Shown here: in pieces, positions 54,473 through 64,000 of the stretch
Position numbering within the stretch: the first letter of the stretch is position 1
How the letters are laid out: every line of letters begins with the position of its first letter
Assembly: GCA_963712745.1 (NCBI GenBank)
Contig: CAVQJC010000015.1
Span: 64,001 to 128,000 of the forward strand
Origin: an uncultured Chloroflexia bacterium
GTDB lineage: Bacteria > Chloroflexota > Limnocylindria > Limnocylindrales > CSP1-4
Reading direction: 5' to 3'
Length of the DNA stretch: 64,000 bases
Notes under the pieces: model-generated
Databases searched by the model: none
Seen by the model: the letters and a program-made list of their open reading frames with translations, nothing else
What the model was told of the DNA's origin: nothing
Made by a program: the position numbers and the translations under genes

Positions 54473-55385
54473 CTAGACCGTACGCGCGGCGTCGTTGAGG
54501 ATGAGTGCGAGCGCGACGATGACGCCGGCCAGCAGGTACTTCGCCGCGAATGAAGCCGCCAGGTAGCGCGCGAAGCCGAAGCGCATGAGCCCGCCGAGGA
54601 AGGCCGCGGCCGTGCCCATCGGCGACGGTGCGAAGCAGAGCAGGAACATCCCGCCGGTGCCCCGCTTCTCGATGACCGGCCGAGCCCGGTCCTGTGCCTT
54701 CTTGAGTGACGACGAGAAGCGCTTCTTGAAGCGTCCCAGGGTCGAGGTCGTCTGAGGGGACGAGTCCTCTGTCGCGGCATCAGCCGGCGCGTCTGTTGAG
54801 CCAGCGGTCCCGGTCATGGCTGCGACCGCCTCGGCATCGAGTGCGGCCCCCGGCGAGAAATCGACCACGTCCTCGCCGAGCATGCCCGTGTCCTCCGCCA
54901 GCTTCTCGGCGCCGGCCGTGTCACCCTGGGCGTAGGACTGGGCCGTGCGCGCACCAGCGATGTAGTAGCTGGCCAGCCCCAGGGCCATGGCGGCACCAGC
55001 CACGCCGAAGACCTCCCAGGAGGGCAACACCACCGACTGCTGGAAGATCGATCAGGAGGCCGATGAAGCGCGCACCCGGGATGGGCACGAGCGCACCGCC
55101 GTTGCCGATCCAGTTGACCAGGAAGAGCCCGATCAGGGCCACCACGTCGATCCCGTCGAAGACGATCTGGAGGAACTTGATGGAGGAGAGCACCACGGCA
55201 GCAAAGACCGCGATGAGGATGATGACGATGCTGATGAGTACGCGGGATTCGGTCGAGATCCAGCCGTAGAACCAGGCCTGGGCTCGGAGCAAGAAGGTCG
55301 GAGCCTGGTCGCCCTCGTGGATGGGCCTGCGGCGGCTGTCTTCATCGAGGTCCGCAGCCTGCCCGGTCCGAGTCGCGGACACCAC
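54473..55385 (-). CDS. VTT/DedA-like membrane protein; apparent +1 frameshift at ~55049
   Basis: FLVNWIGNGGALVPIPG in the first frame; G..GAAMALG...SYYI.G, F..CFAPSP...AA....G.MR..F.RYL.A.F.AK in the second. Confidence 0.65.
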
Positions 55386-55562
55386 GGGTGGCTTGGATCA
55401 GCCGAGCCGGGCTCGGCGCTCAGGTAGGGCACGATACGACGATGCTAGCGCGCCGCGCCAAGCCTGAGGGCCGGGTGCTCGACAGTGTGGGCTACCGGGT
55501 CGCATCATTCGCTCTCGTGCGGTCCTTCCCGTGACCGCCGACACACGCCTTGAAAGGACACG

Positions 55563-56561
55563 ATGCTTCGACTCGGATACAAGGCTTCGGCCGAACAGTT
55601 CGGCCCCCGTCAGCTCCTTGACTTCGCCATCGCGGCAGAGTCACATGGGTTCGACTCCGTCTGGACCAGCGACCATTACCAGCCCTGGCGCCACACCGAC
55701 GGTCATGCCCCGAATGCGCTCGCCTGGCTGGGTGCGGCCGCGGCGTCGACCTCACGCGTGGTGCTCGGCACGAGCGTTCTCACGCCGAGCCTGCGCTACA
55801 ACCCCGCGGTCGTGGCCCAGGCCTTCGCGACCCTCGGCTGCCTGGCGCCGGGCAGGGTGGTACTCGGCGTGGGCACCGGTGAATCGCTCAACGAGGTCGT
55901 GGTCGGAGCCGAGTGGCCCGACCAGAAGGAGCGCTTCCGCCGGCTGAAGGAGTCGGTGTTGCTCATCCAGCAGTTGTTCCGCGAGGACTTCGTCAACTTC
56001 GAGGGCGAGTTCTACACGACGCACAACGCCACCGTCTATGACAAGCCGACCGATCCCGTACCGGTCTACATCGCTGGCTCTGGTCCTGCGGCCTCACGCC
56101 TGGCCGGGCGTATCGGGGAGGGCTACATCGCGACCTCCGGCAAGGCCAGCGAGCTGTACACCGAGACACTGCTGCCGGCCGTGGCCGAGGGTCTCTCGAG
56201 AGGGGGCCGGGGTGAAGGCGATATCAGCCGCATGATCGAGATGAAGGTCAGCTTCGACACCGATCGCGCCCGGGCCATGGAGGAGACCAAGATCTGGGCC
56301 GCTCTGGCACTCTCCGCAGAGCAGAAGATGGGTATCGAGGATCCACGCGAGATGGAGCGGCTGGCGAAGACCGTGGAGGACGTGGCCCACCGCCGCTGGC
56401 TGGTGTCAGACGATGTCGAGGAGCACATCGAGCAGATCCGCCCGTATGTCGAGTGGGGCTTCGACCACCTTGTCTTCCACTTCCCCGGTGACGACCAGGA
56501 CCGGGCCATGGCTCTCTACGCCGAGCGTGTCCTGCCGGAGCTGCGCCGCCGCTTCGGCTGA
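55563..56561 (+). CDS. fgd: F420-dependent glucose-6-phosphate dehydrogenase
   Basis: LGYKASAEQFGP, SDHYQPWRH..GHAP, GTSVLTP, LGVGTGESLNE, TSGK, E.KVSFD, HLVFH.PG. Confidence 0.9.
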   Translation: MLRLGYKASAEQFGPRQLLDFAIAAESHGFDSVWTSDHYQPWRHTDGHAPNALAWLGAAAASTSRVVLGTSVLTPSLRYNPAVVAQAFATLGCLAPGRVVLGVGTGESLNEVVVGAEWPDQKERFRRLKESVLLIQQLFREDFVNFEGEFYTTHNATVYDKPTDPVPVYIAGSGPAASRLAGRIGEGYIATSGKASELYTETLLPAVAEGLSRGGRGEGDISRMIEMKVSFDTDRARAMEETKIWAALALSAEQKMGIEDPREMERLAKTVEDVAHRRWLVSDDVEEHIEQIRPYVEWGFDHLVFHFPGDDQDRAMALYAERVLPELRRRFG

Positions 56562-56584
56562 GCCCGGCGCCCGATGGCCGCGCG

Positions 56585-57037
56585 CTACTCGTCGGGCGGG
56601 ATGACACCCTTGCGCAGCATGAAGCAGCCGTAAAAGCGGCGTTCGCCGGTCTGCACGACCGCGTACGCCTGCTTGGCCACGTCGTAGAAGTCGAAGCGTT
56701 CGATGCTGATCATCGGCCGTGACCGACCCTCGGCCGAGTCGATCTCAGCCTGCACCTCAGTCATCACGGGCTCGATCTTGTCGGGGTCGCCCACCACCTC
56801 CATGCGACCGGCGAAATCATCGACGAACGTGTCGAGGGGCAGCACCGAGAGGATGGCCTTGGCGGCCTCGGCAGAGGTCAGGTTCTCCATCCGCAGCAGG
56901 CGGCCGATGGTCGTCTGGCGGGCGATGGTGTCGGCCGGGAAGTTGGTGTCGCTGATGATGATGGTGTCGCCGTGGCCCATCGCGCGCAGCGCGCCCAGCA
57001 CGTCAGCGTTCAGTCGGTTGTCGATCCCCTTGAGCAT
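56585..57037 (-). CDS. RbsD/FucU family mutarotase
   Basis: MLKGI, MGHGD.I.I.D.NFP, ERF.FY, V.TGE.R.YG. Confidence 0.9.
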   Translation of the reverse strand: MLKGIDNRLNADVLGALRAMGHGDTIIISDTNFPADTIARQTTIGRLLRMENLTSAEAAKAILSVLPLDTFVDDFAGRMEVVGDPDKIEPVMTEVQAEIDSAEGRSRPMISIERFDFYDVAKQAYAVVQTGERRFYGCFMLRKGVIPPDE

Positions 57038-57202
57038 GAGTCTCCTCCCCGGTGCTTCGAAACGCAGTGTGTTTGGGCATCATCATACGGGCGGCTTCGC
57101 CCGTCACATCGGCCTTCGCGGTGTGCTCATCGTGGCCGGCCAGGCGGGGCGCCTGCGTCGGCTGACGGACGTGCCGCAGACCACCATCAGCTCCGCGTAT
57201 GT

Positions 57203-58009
57203 TCAGTCCCGCGTGGCGCGAACCCGGTCCATGAAGTCTCGCGCGCGCTCGGGGTCCACGGGCAGCCAGGTGTCACCGTCGACCTTGAGAGCAGAGCCCA
57301 CGATGACGCCGTCGGCCACCTCCAGGACAGCGGCCACGGTGTCGTGCCTGACGCCGGTGTTGGCCAGCACCGGGACATCGGGCAGGACGTCCTTGACCGC
57401 CTCGAGGTCGCTCATGGCGGCGGGTTCGCCGGTGATGGGCCCGGACACGAGCACGGCGTCGGGGATGGAGGACACGACGGCCGACCGCGCCCGGTCGGGC
57501 AGGCTGCGGCGGTCGAGCGAATCGGCGAACTCGGCAGAGATGTTGTAGAGCTTGACGACCCCGTCGGCACCGAGACGGCGGCCGTAACGCAGGGCGGCGC
57601 CGGCATCCGGGTTCCAGGGACCCATGTCCGAGGCGTAGGTGCCGGTGAAGATCTCGCGCACGAAGCTGGCCCCCGTCGCGGCGGCCAGTGCGATGGTGGA
57701 GCGCGGGTCCCACAGCACGTTGACCCCGTAGGGCACGCGGATCTCATCGCGGACCCGGCCGATGACATAGGCCATCGCGGCCGTCGCGGCCACGTCTACC
57801 GCGAGCTCGTAGGGCCGGTCGTGCTCGTTACCGAACATGACCGCGTCGACTCCCGCGGCCTGTAGTGCATCGAGGTCCGCCCGGGCGTCCTCGATGAGCC
57901 CGTCGACACCACGATCGGCGTCGTACAGGGGCGCGCCCGGGGTGGCCCCGATGTGCACCATGGCGATGATCGGCTTGATGTCGCCGAAGAGCTGACGGTA
58001 TCGGGTCAT
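57203..58009 (-). CDS. BtpA/SgcQ family TIM-barrel protein
   Basis: KPIIAMVH....PG.P, GVDAVMFGNEHD.PY, PYGVNVLWD, VSG..TG, NTGV, ADG.IVGS.LK. Confidence 0.88.
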   Translation of the reverse strand: MTRYRQLFGDIKPIIAMVHIGATPGAPLYDADRGVDGLIEDARADLDALQAAGVDAVMFGNEHDRPYELAVDVAATAAMAYVIGRVRDEIRVPYGVNVLWDPRSTIALAAATGASFVREIFTGTYASDMGPWNPDAGAALRYGRRLGADGVVKLYNISAEFADSLDRRSLPDRARSAVVSSIPDAVLVSGPITGEPAAMSDLEAVKDVLPDVPVLANTGVRHDTVAAVLEVADGVIVGSALKVDGDTWLPVDPERARDFMDRVRATRD

Positions 58010-58153
58010 GGACCCTCCCTTGAGCAGGGTCGAGGGCGACCGGGACCCTGCCATTCACTGGCTGCTGTGGGGCCTCCAATGGTACGACCGGCGAGTTGGT
58101 CGACGCTGGACATCGGGGATCCTGGGCCACCCACCGACCAGCGTTGGAGGCGC

Positions 58154-59053
58154 TCAACCCGCGTCGAGCGCCTCCAGGACAGGTGCCAGCGACTCCACGC
58201 CGGCCAGCGTGACCGGGTCGATGACGAGTTGCACGTGGGCAACGCCCTGCGCCGCGAAGTCCCGCAGCACAGCCGCGATCTCCGCCGGCGTTCCCTCGAT
58301 GGGCGGCACGTCGGTGACCCGCTGCTGCTGAGCGCCCGGCAGGCGGACATAGACCGCCACGGTCCGCTCGACCTCCGCCGGATCGCGGCCGACCTCACGG
58401 CAGGCTGCATCGACGAGCTCACGCTGTCCGGCCAGCCCGCCGGCGGCGTTGCCGTAGGTCAGGAACCACGCGTTCCACTGATCGGCCCAGGGCATGGTGA
58501 TGCGCAGCATGCGTGGCCCGCTGGAGCCGACGAGCAGCGGCGGACCCTGCGCACGTGGCCCTCGCGGTAGCAGCTCACAGTCACGCAGCGTGTAGTAGCG
58601 CCCGTCGAAGTCGATCCGCCCCTCGCGGAGCAAGGTGCGGATGATGGCGAAGGCTTCCTCGAAGCGGGAGATGCGGTGGTCGAAGGGAAAGCCGAAGGCC
58701 GCGTATTCGAGCTCGTTCCAGCCGGCGCCAAGACCCACGATCAGCCGTCCCCCACTGATCTCGTCGACGGTCGCGGCCATCTTGGCCAGCACGCCCGGCT
58801 CGTGGAACGAGGTCGAGGCCACCAGCGGACCGATCTCCACCCGCGAGGTCACGGCCGCGATGGCTGCCAGCTGGGTCCAGGCCTCCCATGGTCCGCGGGC
58901 CCGGTCGGCGTGGCGGTAGAGATAGTGGTCACCGACCCAGACCGAGTCGAGTCCGACGTCCTCGGCCAGGCGAGCCATCTCGGCCAGCTCGGTCCAGCGC
59001 GGCTCGTACTCGATCTCTGGCAGCTGCACGCCCACCTTCAGCGGCCTGGCCAT
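58154..59053 (-). CDS. LLM class flavin (possibly F420)-dependent oxidoreductase
   Basis: DSVWVGDH, LAAIAAVTSRV.IG.LV, LAKMAATVDEISGGR..VGLGAGW. Confidence 0.9.
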   Translation of the reverse strand: MARPLKVGVQLPEIEYEPRWTELAEMARLAEDVGLDSVWVGDHYLYRHADRARGPWEAWTQLAAIAAVTSRVEIGPLVASTSFHEPGVLAKMAATVDEISGGRLIVGLGAGWNELEYAAFGFPFDHRISRFEEAFAIIRTLLREGRIDFDGRYYTLRDCELLPRGPRAQGPPLLVGSSGPRMLRITMPWADQWNAWFLTYGNAAGGLAGQRELVDAACREVGRDPAEVERTVAVYVRLPGAQQQRVTDVPPIEGTPAEIAAVLRDFAAQGVAHVQLVIDPVTLAGVESLAPVLEALDAG

Positions 59054-59161
59054 CGGCTCCCTCCCGTTCATGACACCGTGGTGACGGTTCGGTGACGGGA
59101 GCCGCACCAAACGTAGCCCGCGTCACATTCTCGTCGTCGGCGCCAGCATAGGCTGCTGGGC

Positions 59162-60412
59162 ATGAACCGCACCGGCATCGTCGCCTCCGTCGCTTCCCTC
59201 GGGCTGGTGGCCGCGGTCGCGCTCCCTTCCCTCACCACCTCCCCCAGCCCGGTCCTGGCGCAGGAGTCCGAGTCCGCCGGCGAGTTCGTGCCGCAGCGCC
59301 CGGACCAGATCGAGGATCCCGGCACTCCCCGCTTCAACACGGGCGGCTGGTCCACGAACTTCGAGATCAGCGCAGTCCCGTTCGACGAGATCTTCTCTGG
59401 GGGCCCGCCCAAGGACGGCATCCCCGCCATCAACGACCCACGGTTCGAGTCCATCGAGGACGCCCGTGACTGGCTCAGCGGCGAGAGCCCGGTCATCTCG
59501 CTCGAGATCGATGGCGACGCACGTGCCTACCCGCTGGCCATCCTGACCTGGCACGAGATCGCCAACGACGTCGTCGGCGACACGCCGCTGCTGGTCACCT
59601 TCTGCCCGTTGTGTCACACGGCGCTGGCCTTCGAGCGCACGCTGGACGGCACGGTCCACGACTTCGGCGTCTCGGGCAACCTGCGGCTGTCGGACCTGGT
59701 CATGTATGACCGTCAGACCGAGACGTGGTGGCAGCAAGCCACGGGCAAGGGCATCGTCGGCGACCTCACCGGCGCCAGGCTCGAGTTCGTCCCCAGCCAG
59801 CTCATCGGCCTGGACCAGTTCGCCGAGGCCCATCCCGAGGGAGTGGTGCTCAGCCGGGACACCGGCTTCAGCCGTGACTACGGACGCAACCCCTACGTCG
59901 GCTACGACATCGCCGACCAGCAGCCGTTCCTCTTCGACGGCGTGACCGACGGCCGGCTCGCGCCCAAGGAGCGCGTGGTCACGCTGGGCGAGCAGGACAG
60001 TGAGTCGCCCATCTCCATCCCCTACAGCGAGCTGCGCCAGACCGGCTCGGTCAACCTCGAGTTCGAGGGTGCGCCGGTGGCCGCATTCTGGACACCCGGC
60101 GCCGTCTCCGCGCTCGATCAGGGCTACATCGACGATAGTGAGGACGTGGGCGGGACCGGCGTCTTCTCGGCCCTGGTGGACGGTGAGCGGCTGACCTTCG
60201 CCCGCGCCGGCGGCGAAGACGCACCCATCATCGACGAGCAGACCGGCAGCACCTGGGACATCACCGGGCGCGCGGTCGCGGGCCCCCTCGAGGGCGCGGT
60301 GCTCGAACCGGTCAGCCACGGCGACCACTTCTGGTTCGCCTGGGCCGCCTTCGTCCCCCACACCAGTATCTGGACCACCGACGGCGTCCTCAGCCTCGGC
60401 GGTGAGGAGTAG
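59162..60412 (+). CDS. DUF3179 family secreted protein
   Basis: SGGPPKDGIPAI.DP.F, RAYPL.IL.WHEI.ND, TFCPLC, FGVSG.L, MYDRQT.TWWQQ.TG, FWFAW. Confidence 0.88.
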   Translation: MNRTGIVASVASLGLVAAVALPSLTTSPSPVLAQESESAGEFVPQRPDQIEDPGTPRFNTGGWSTNFEISAVPFDEIFSGGPPKDGIPAINDPRFESIEDARDWLSGESPVISLEIDGDARAYPLAILTWHEIANDVVGDTPLLVTFCPLCHTALAFERTLDGTVHDFGVSGNLRLSDLVMYDRQTETWWQQATGKGIVGDLTGARLEFVPSQLIGLDQFAEAHPEGVVLSRDTGFSRDYGRNPYVGYDIADQQPFLFDGVTDGRLAPKERVVTLGEQDSESPISIPYSELRQTGSVNLEFEGAPVAAFWTPGAVSALDQGYIDDSEDVGGTGVFSALVDGERLTFARAGGEDAPIIDEQTGSTWDITGRAVAGPLEGAVLEPVSHGDHFWFAWAAFVPHTSIWTTDGVLSLGGEE

Positions 60413-60416
60413 TGAT

Positions 60417-60913
60417 ATGACCGATACCACCATCCGTCCCTCTGCCCAGCCGAACGAATCGGTCTGGGACTACCCCCGGCCACCGTCGGTAGATCCTCCG
60501 ACCGACGCGTCAGGGTCATCGTCGACGGCACCGTGGTGGCCGATAGCCGACGGGCTGTGCGCGTGCTGGAGACCTCGCACCCTCCCAGCTGGTACATCCC
60601 GGCTGAGGACGTGCGCATGGACCTGCTGCGTCCGACCAGCAGGCAGACCGCCTGCGAGTTCAAGGGTGAGGCCAGCTACTTCACCATCAGCGCCGGCGGA
60701 CGCGAGCGCACAGACGCCGCGTGGACGTACCTGCGGCCGCTGTCCGGCTACGAGGGCATCACCGGTCACATCGCGTTCTACCCGGGTCGGGTCGATGAGG
60801 CCTGGGTCGATGACGAACGGGTCACACCCCAGGCCGGGGACTTCTACGGTGGCTGGATCACCTCCGAGATCGAGGGGCCTTTCAAGGGCGAGCCCGGCAC
60901 CCGCGGCTGGTAG
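60417..60913 (+). CDS. DUF427 family protein; apparent -1 frameshift at ~60496
   Basis: ESVWDYPRPP in the first frame; LETSHPP..YIP, CEFKG.A.Y, AAW.Y, QAGDFYGGWIT in the second. Confidence 0.85.
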
Positions 60914-61100
60914 CGGTAGCGCTGCGGTGACCCGGCCCGGATCTGCGCGATCGACCCGACTGCGGTGGGCGATCGCACCAGACCCCACCGCACCGGTCGC
61001 GGGCTGGCCCCGCGGTAGGGGGTGCGGGCGTACCAAGGTGGGGTGGGCCGACCCAACGACGAGGTGCAGATTCGCTCCAGAACTTTCCATAGCGACGCCG

Positions 61101-61232
61101 TTCCACTGCACGGCCCTGATTGATGAGGAACCCCTCTCCCTCATGAATCGGGGGTGGGACAGGTGACGCGAAATCTTTGCCCGGTGGCAAGGTCGGCCCC
61201 CTCCTCCCGACCTCGCCGCCGGGCTTCTTCAT
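61101..61232 (+). ncRNA. Candidate sRNA with two C-rich-loop hairpins
   Basis: Stems at 61114-61153 (loop AACCCCTCTC) and 61179-61224 (loop CCCCCTCCTC) followed by TTCTTCAT, in a 330-bp gap between convergent genes. Confidence 0.5.
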
Positions 61233-61245
61233 GTCCGCCGGGGTG

Positions 61246-61725
61246 CTACCAGACGCGCGGGAAGAACCGCCGGGTACGGCGCATGTAGGTTCCGTAGGCT
61301 GGGTAACGCTCGGCCAGCCAGATCTCCTCGCGGCGAGACTTCAGCTCGAAGAACAGCGCCAGCACTCCCGCCAGCAGCAGCGTCAGCGGACTGGCGGCGA
61401 CCAGGCCCCAGCCGAACGCGGTGGCCATGAGGCCACCGTAGATGGGGTGCCGGACGAGGCCGAAGACGCCGGACTCGACCAGCTCGGCGTCATCGCGAGG
61501 CCGCGGCACGGGAGTGAGGCTACGACCAAGGTCCACGATCCCCCGACCGAGCAGGGCCGCGCCGGCGACCATCAGGACCAGGCCGGCGAGCGAGGTGATC
61601 GACGCAGCCCGACCGTCCCAGGCATCACCGGCCAGGACGCCCGCCAGTGCCACCAGCGGCAGGAGCGTGAACTGCAGCACGACCCAGCCCTCTCCACGAG
61701 GTCCGAGGCTTGGTAGACCGGTCAC
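61246..61725 (-). CDS. Isoprenylcysteine carboxyl methyltransferase / PEMT family membrane protein
   Basis: LG.SLTP.P.P, LV..G.F..VRHPIY, K..REE..L...YP.Y..Y. Confidence 0.88.
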   Translation of the reverse strand: MTGLPSLGPRGEGWVVLQFTLLPLVALAGVLAGDAWDGRAASITSLAGLVLMVAGAALLGRGIVDLGRSLTPVPRPRDDAELVESGVFGLVRHPIYGGLMATAFGWGLVAASPLTLLLAGVLALFFELKSRREEIWLAERYPAYGTYMRRTRRFFPRVW

Positions 61726-61753
61726 GGGCGAGCGAGGGGCAGCTGCTGGAGGA

Positions 61754-62536
61754 TCAGTCGACCACCTCGGGCACGCCGATGATGTTGTAGCCGCCGTCCA
61801 CGTAGTGGATCTCGCCGGTGGTGCCGCGGCTCATGTCACTGCAGAGGTAGACCGCCGAGTTGCCCAGGTCGTCGATCGAGAGCGGCCGGCGCAGGGGTGA
61901 GATCTCCTCGAAGAGGCGGTACATCTTCTTGAAGCCGGACACGCCAGAGGCTGCCAGCGTGCGCACCGGCCCCGCGCTGATGGCGTTGACGCGGATGCCC
62001 TCCTTGCCCAGGTCGACCGCCAGGTAGCGCACGCAGGCCTCCAGCGAAGCCTTGGCCACGCCCATGACGTTGTAGTTGACGACCGCCTTCTCAGCGCCGT
62101 AGTAGCTAAGCGTGAGGATGGCCCCGCCGTCGCTCATGAGCGGACGAGCCTCGCGAGCAAGGGCCACCAGCGAGTAGGCCGAGACGTCGTGGGCCAGCGC
62201 GAAGCCCTCGCGCGATGTCCGGATGAACTCGCCTCCGAGCTCGTCCTTGTTGGCGAAGGCGACGGCGTGGACGAGGATGTCCAGCTTCCCGAACTCGTCC
62301 TTCCAGCGGGCGAACACGCGCTCGATGTCCTCATCCTTCTGGACGTCACAGGGCTCGACGAACGTCGCACCGAGCTGTGCGGCAAGGGGCTTGACGCGCT
62401 TCTCGAGGAGCATCTCGACCGAGGAGAAGCCGACCTCGGCTCCTTCGCGGTGGAGTGCCTTGGCGATCCCCCAGGCGATCGAGTGGTCATTGGCCAGCCC
62501 GAAGATCAGGGCGCGCTTGCCCTCCAGCAGACCCAT
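61754..62536 (-). CDS. fabI: Enoyl-ACP reductase
   Basis: [46 protein letters not shown]. Confidence 0.95.
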   Translation of the reverse strand: MGLLEGKRALIFGLANDHSIAWGIAKALHREGAEVGFSSVEMLLEKRVKPLAAQLGATFVEPCDVQKDEDIERVFARWKDEFGKLDILVHAVAFANKDELGGEFIRTSREGFALAHDVSAYSLVALAREARPLMSDGGAILTLSYYGAEKAVVNYNVMGVAKASLEACVRYLAVDLGKEGIRVNAISAGPVRTLAASGVSGFKKMYRLFEEISPLRRPLSIDDLGNSAVYLCSDMSRGTTGEIHYVDGGYNIIGVPEVVD

Positions 62537-62929
62537 GTGCGATGCATACCTCCCTGTGGCCGGCCTGTGACGGCGATGACCGACATGCAGTGGCGTCCCT
62601 AAGGATGCACCGGATGAGCGACACGCGCGACCTCCTGGCCCACCTGCCACCGAAAAGCCCTCACGCCGCCGGTCGAGGACCCGTCCGGGTCACTACCCCC
62701 CGACGAACGGGTGGTTCAGACGCCACCGGCCGGGACCGCACCATGCCTCTACGTTCGAGGGGTCACTGACCGGCGATGCTCGGAAGCCGCGATGGGGCCT
62801 CTCGTTCGTTCCTACGTTGGCTCGGTCGTCCTCGAGCGGGTGGCTGGTGACCCCGGTCAACCCCATCTGCTGGCGAAACCGTGGAGGTCCGATACCCTTA
62901 GGCCTGTGAGTCGTCTACCGGGGGGTTCC

Positions 62930-64000
62930 GTGTCGTCGATCCGGACGGCGGGTCGCCCTGTCGTCGCGCTCTTGAGCGTGGCGCTGCTGGGGGCGCTCCT
63001 GCCCGGGACCGTCATCGGCGCTGCCTCCGAGGCCCCGGCTGAGCCGAAGGGCCAGTCCTACATCGTGACCCTCTCGGTGGCCGATGCCGGCCGGGCTATC
63101 TCGCCCGCCAGCAAGAAGGGCCGCGACCGGCTCAAGCTGCGCGCCTCACGTACCAGGCAGAACACCAGGCGCCTGGAGGCAGAAGCCGGCTTCAAGGCCA
63201 AGCAGCGCTATGAGCACGCGGTCAGCGGGTTCGCCGCCACGCTGACGCCGGCCCAGGTCAAGAAGCTCAAGCGGGACGGCAAGGTCGCCCGCATCGACAA
63301 GGTACGCCGTGTCCGCCCCGCCGCCCAGGTCGTACCCAGCGGCATCAAGCGCGTGAAGGGGTCCGGCGAGAGCCCGGGGCCGGACATCGATGTCGACGTG
63401 GCCGTGCTCGACACCGGCATCGGACCCATCGGCAACGACGAGCTCAACATCGCCGGCGGGTTCAACTGCTCCGGCAGCGGAGGGCCCGATGATTGGGGCG
63501 ACACGCTCGGTCACGGCACCCACGTGAGCGGCATCATCGGTGCCCGTGACAACGGCCTAGGCGTGGTGGGCGTGGCACCGGGTGCCCGCCTGTGGTCCGT
63601 ACGCGTGTTCGAAGGCGCCTACGGCAGCACGGCCACCATCATGTGCGGGATCGACTGGGCCGTCGGCACGCTGAGCGACCCCGATCAACCCGATATCGAA
63701 CTCATCAACATGAGCCTCGAGGGCGGCCGCGACTCCTTCGAGGAATCCTGTACGCCGAGCAACCCCGACGCGCTCCACCTCGCGGTCTGTGCGGCCTACG
63801 ACGCCGGGATCACGATGGTCGCGGCGGCCGGCAACTACTCAGCCGACGCCCAGTACACGTTCCCCGCCGGCTACAACCAGGTCATCACCGTGGGTGCCAT
63901 CTCCGACTTTGACGGCAGGAGTGGGGGGCTGGCCGCGCCCGACTGCGGCGGCTACAGCAGCGAGGTCGACGACACCTACGCCGGCTACAGCAACTACGGT
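62930..64000 (+). CDS. Secreted S8 subtilisin-like serine protease with I9 propeptide (3' partial)
   Basis: Manual translation from GTG 62930: signal peptide, SYIVTL...Y.HAVSGFAATLT, VAVLDTGI, GHGTHVSGII, INMSL, AAAGN; absent from the ORF track because there is no stop in the window. Confidence 0.9.
   Translation, partial: MSSIRTAGRPVVALLSVALLGALLPGTVIGAASEAPAEPKGQSYIVTLSVADAGRAISPASKKGRDRLKLRASRTRQNTRRLEAEAGFKAKQRYEHAVSGFAATLTPAQVKKLKRDGKVARIDKVRRVRPAAQVVPSGIKRVKGSGESPGPDIDVDVAVLDTGIGPIGNDELNIAGGFNCSGSGGPDDWGDTLGHGTHVSGIIGARDNGLGVVGVAPGARLWSVRVFEGAYGSTATIMCGIDWAVGTLSDPDQPDIELINMSLEGGRDSFEESCTPSNPDALHLAVCAAYDAGITMVAAAGNYSADAQYTFPAGYNQVITVGAISDFDGRSGGLAAPDCGGYSSEVDDTYAGYSNYG

Noticed and set aside
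59162-60412. Selenoprotein form of DUF3179
   Set aside because: The motif is CPLC with ordinary Cys codons; there is no in-frame TGA
61114-61175. Hammerhead ribozyme (CTGATTGATGAG ... CGAAA)
   Set aside because: The core is not CUGANGA, and those bases are paired within a long hairpin; no three-stem junction found

Overview
GC-rich (roughly 70%, by eye) bacterial chromosomal segment. The gene content (F420-dependent dehydrogenase, FabI, many secreted proteins, STAND cyclase) suggests Chloroflexota or Actinomycetota; this is inference. Contents in order: (1) secreted proteins, a cyclophilin and a GNAT; (2) a 13-kb amino-sugar catabolic cluster (ROK regulator, Gfo/Idh/MocA oxidoreductase, TIM-barrel isomerase, SIS protein, ABC importer, ROK kinase, GntR/NagR, UroD/MtaA-like protein, NagA) with a readable sigma70 promoter and operators; (3) a membrane-anchored pseudo-metallopeptidase with 92-aa repeats and a GH25 muramidase; (4) a minus-strand signalling block (STAND adenylate cyclase, RanBP2-type Zn-finger protein, 3xPAS cyclase, SnoaL-ZnF-UBP fusion); (5) a partly decayed toxin-antitoxin patch; (6) UvrD2, LysR/DUF4395, and four GyrI-like genes around a 19-bp VNTR; (7) assorted metabolic genes and a partial S8 protease. 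No tRNA, rRNA, CRISPR array, integrase or transposase was seen. Main leads: a candidate sRNA with two C-rich (anti-Shine-Dalgarno-like) loops at about 61.1-61.23 kb, and the fact that all six frameshifts I found sit directly beside a GATC. All product calls come from motif recognition by eye, not database searches.
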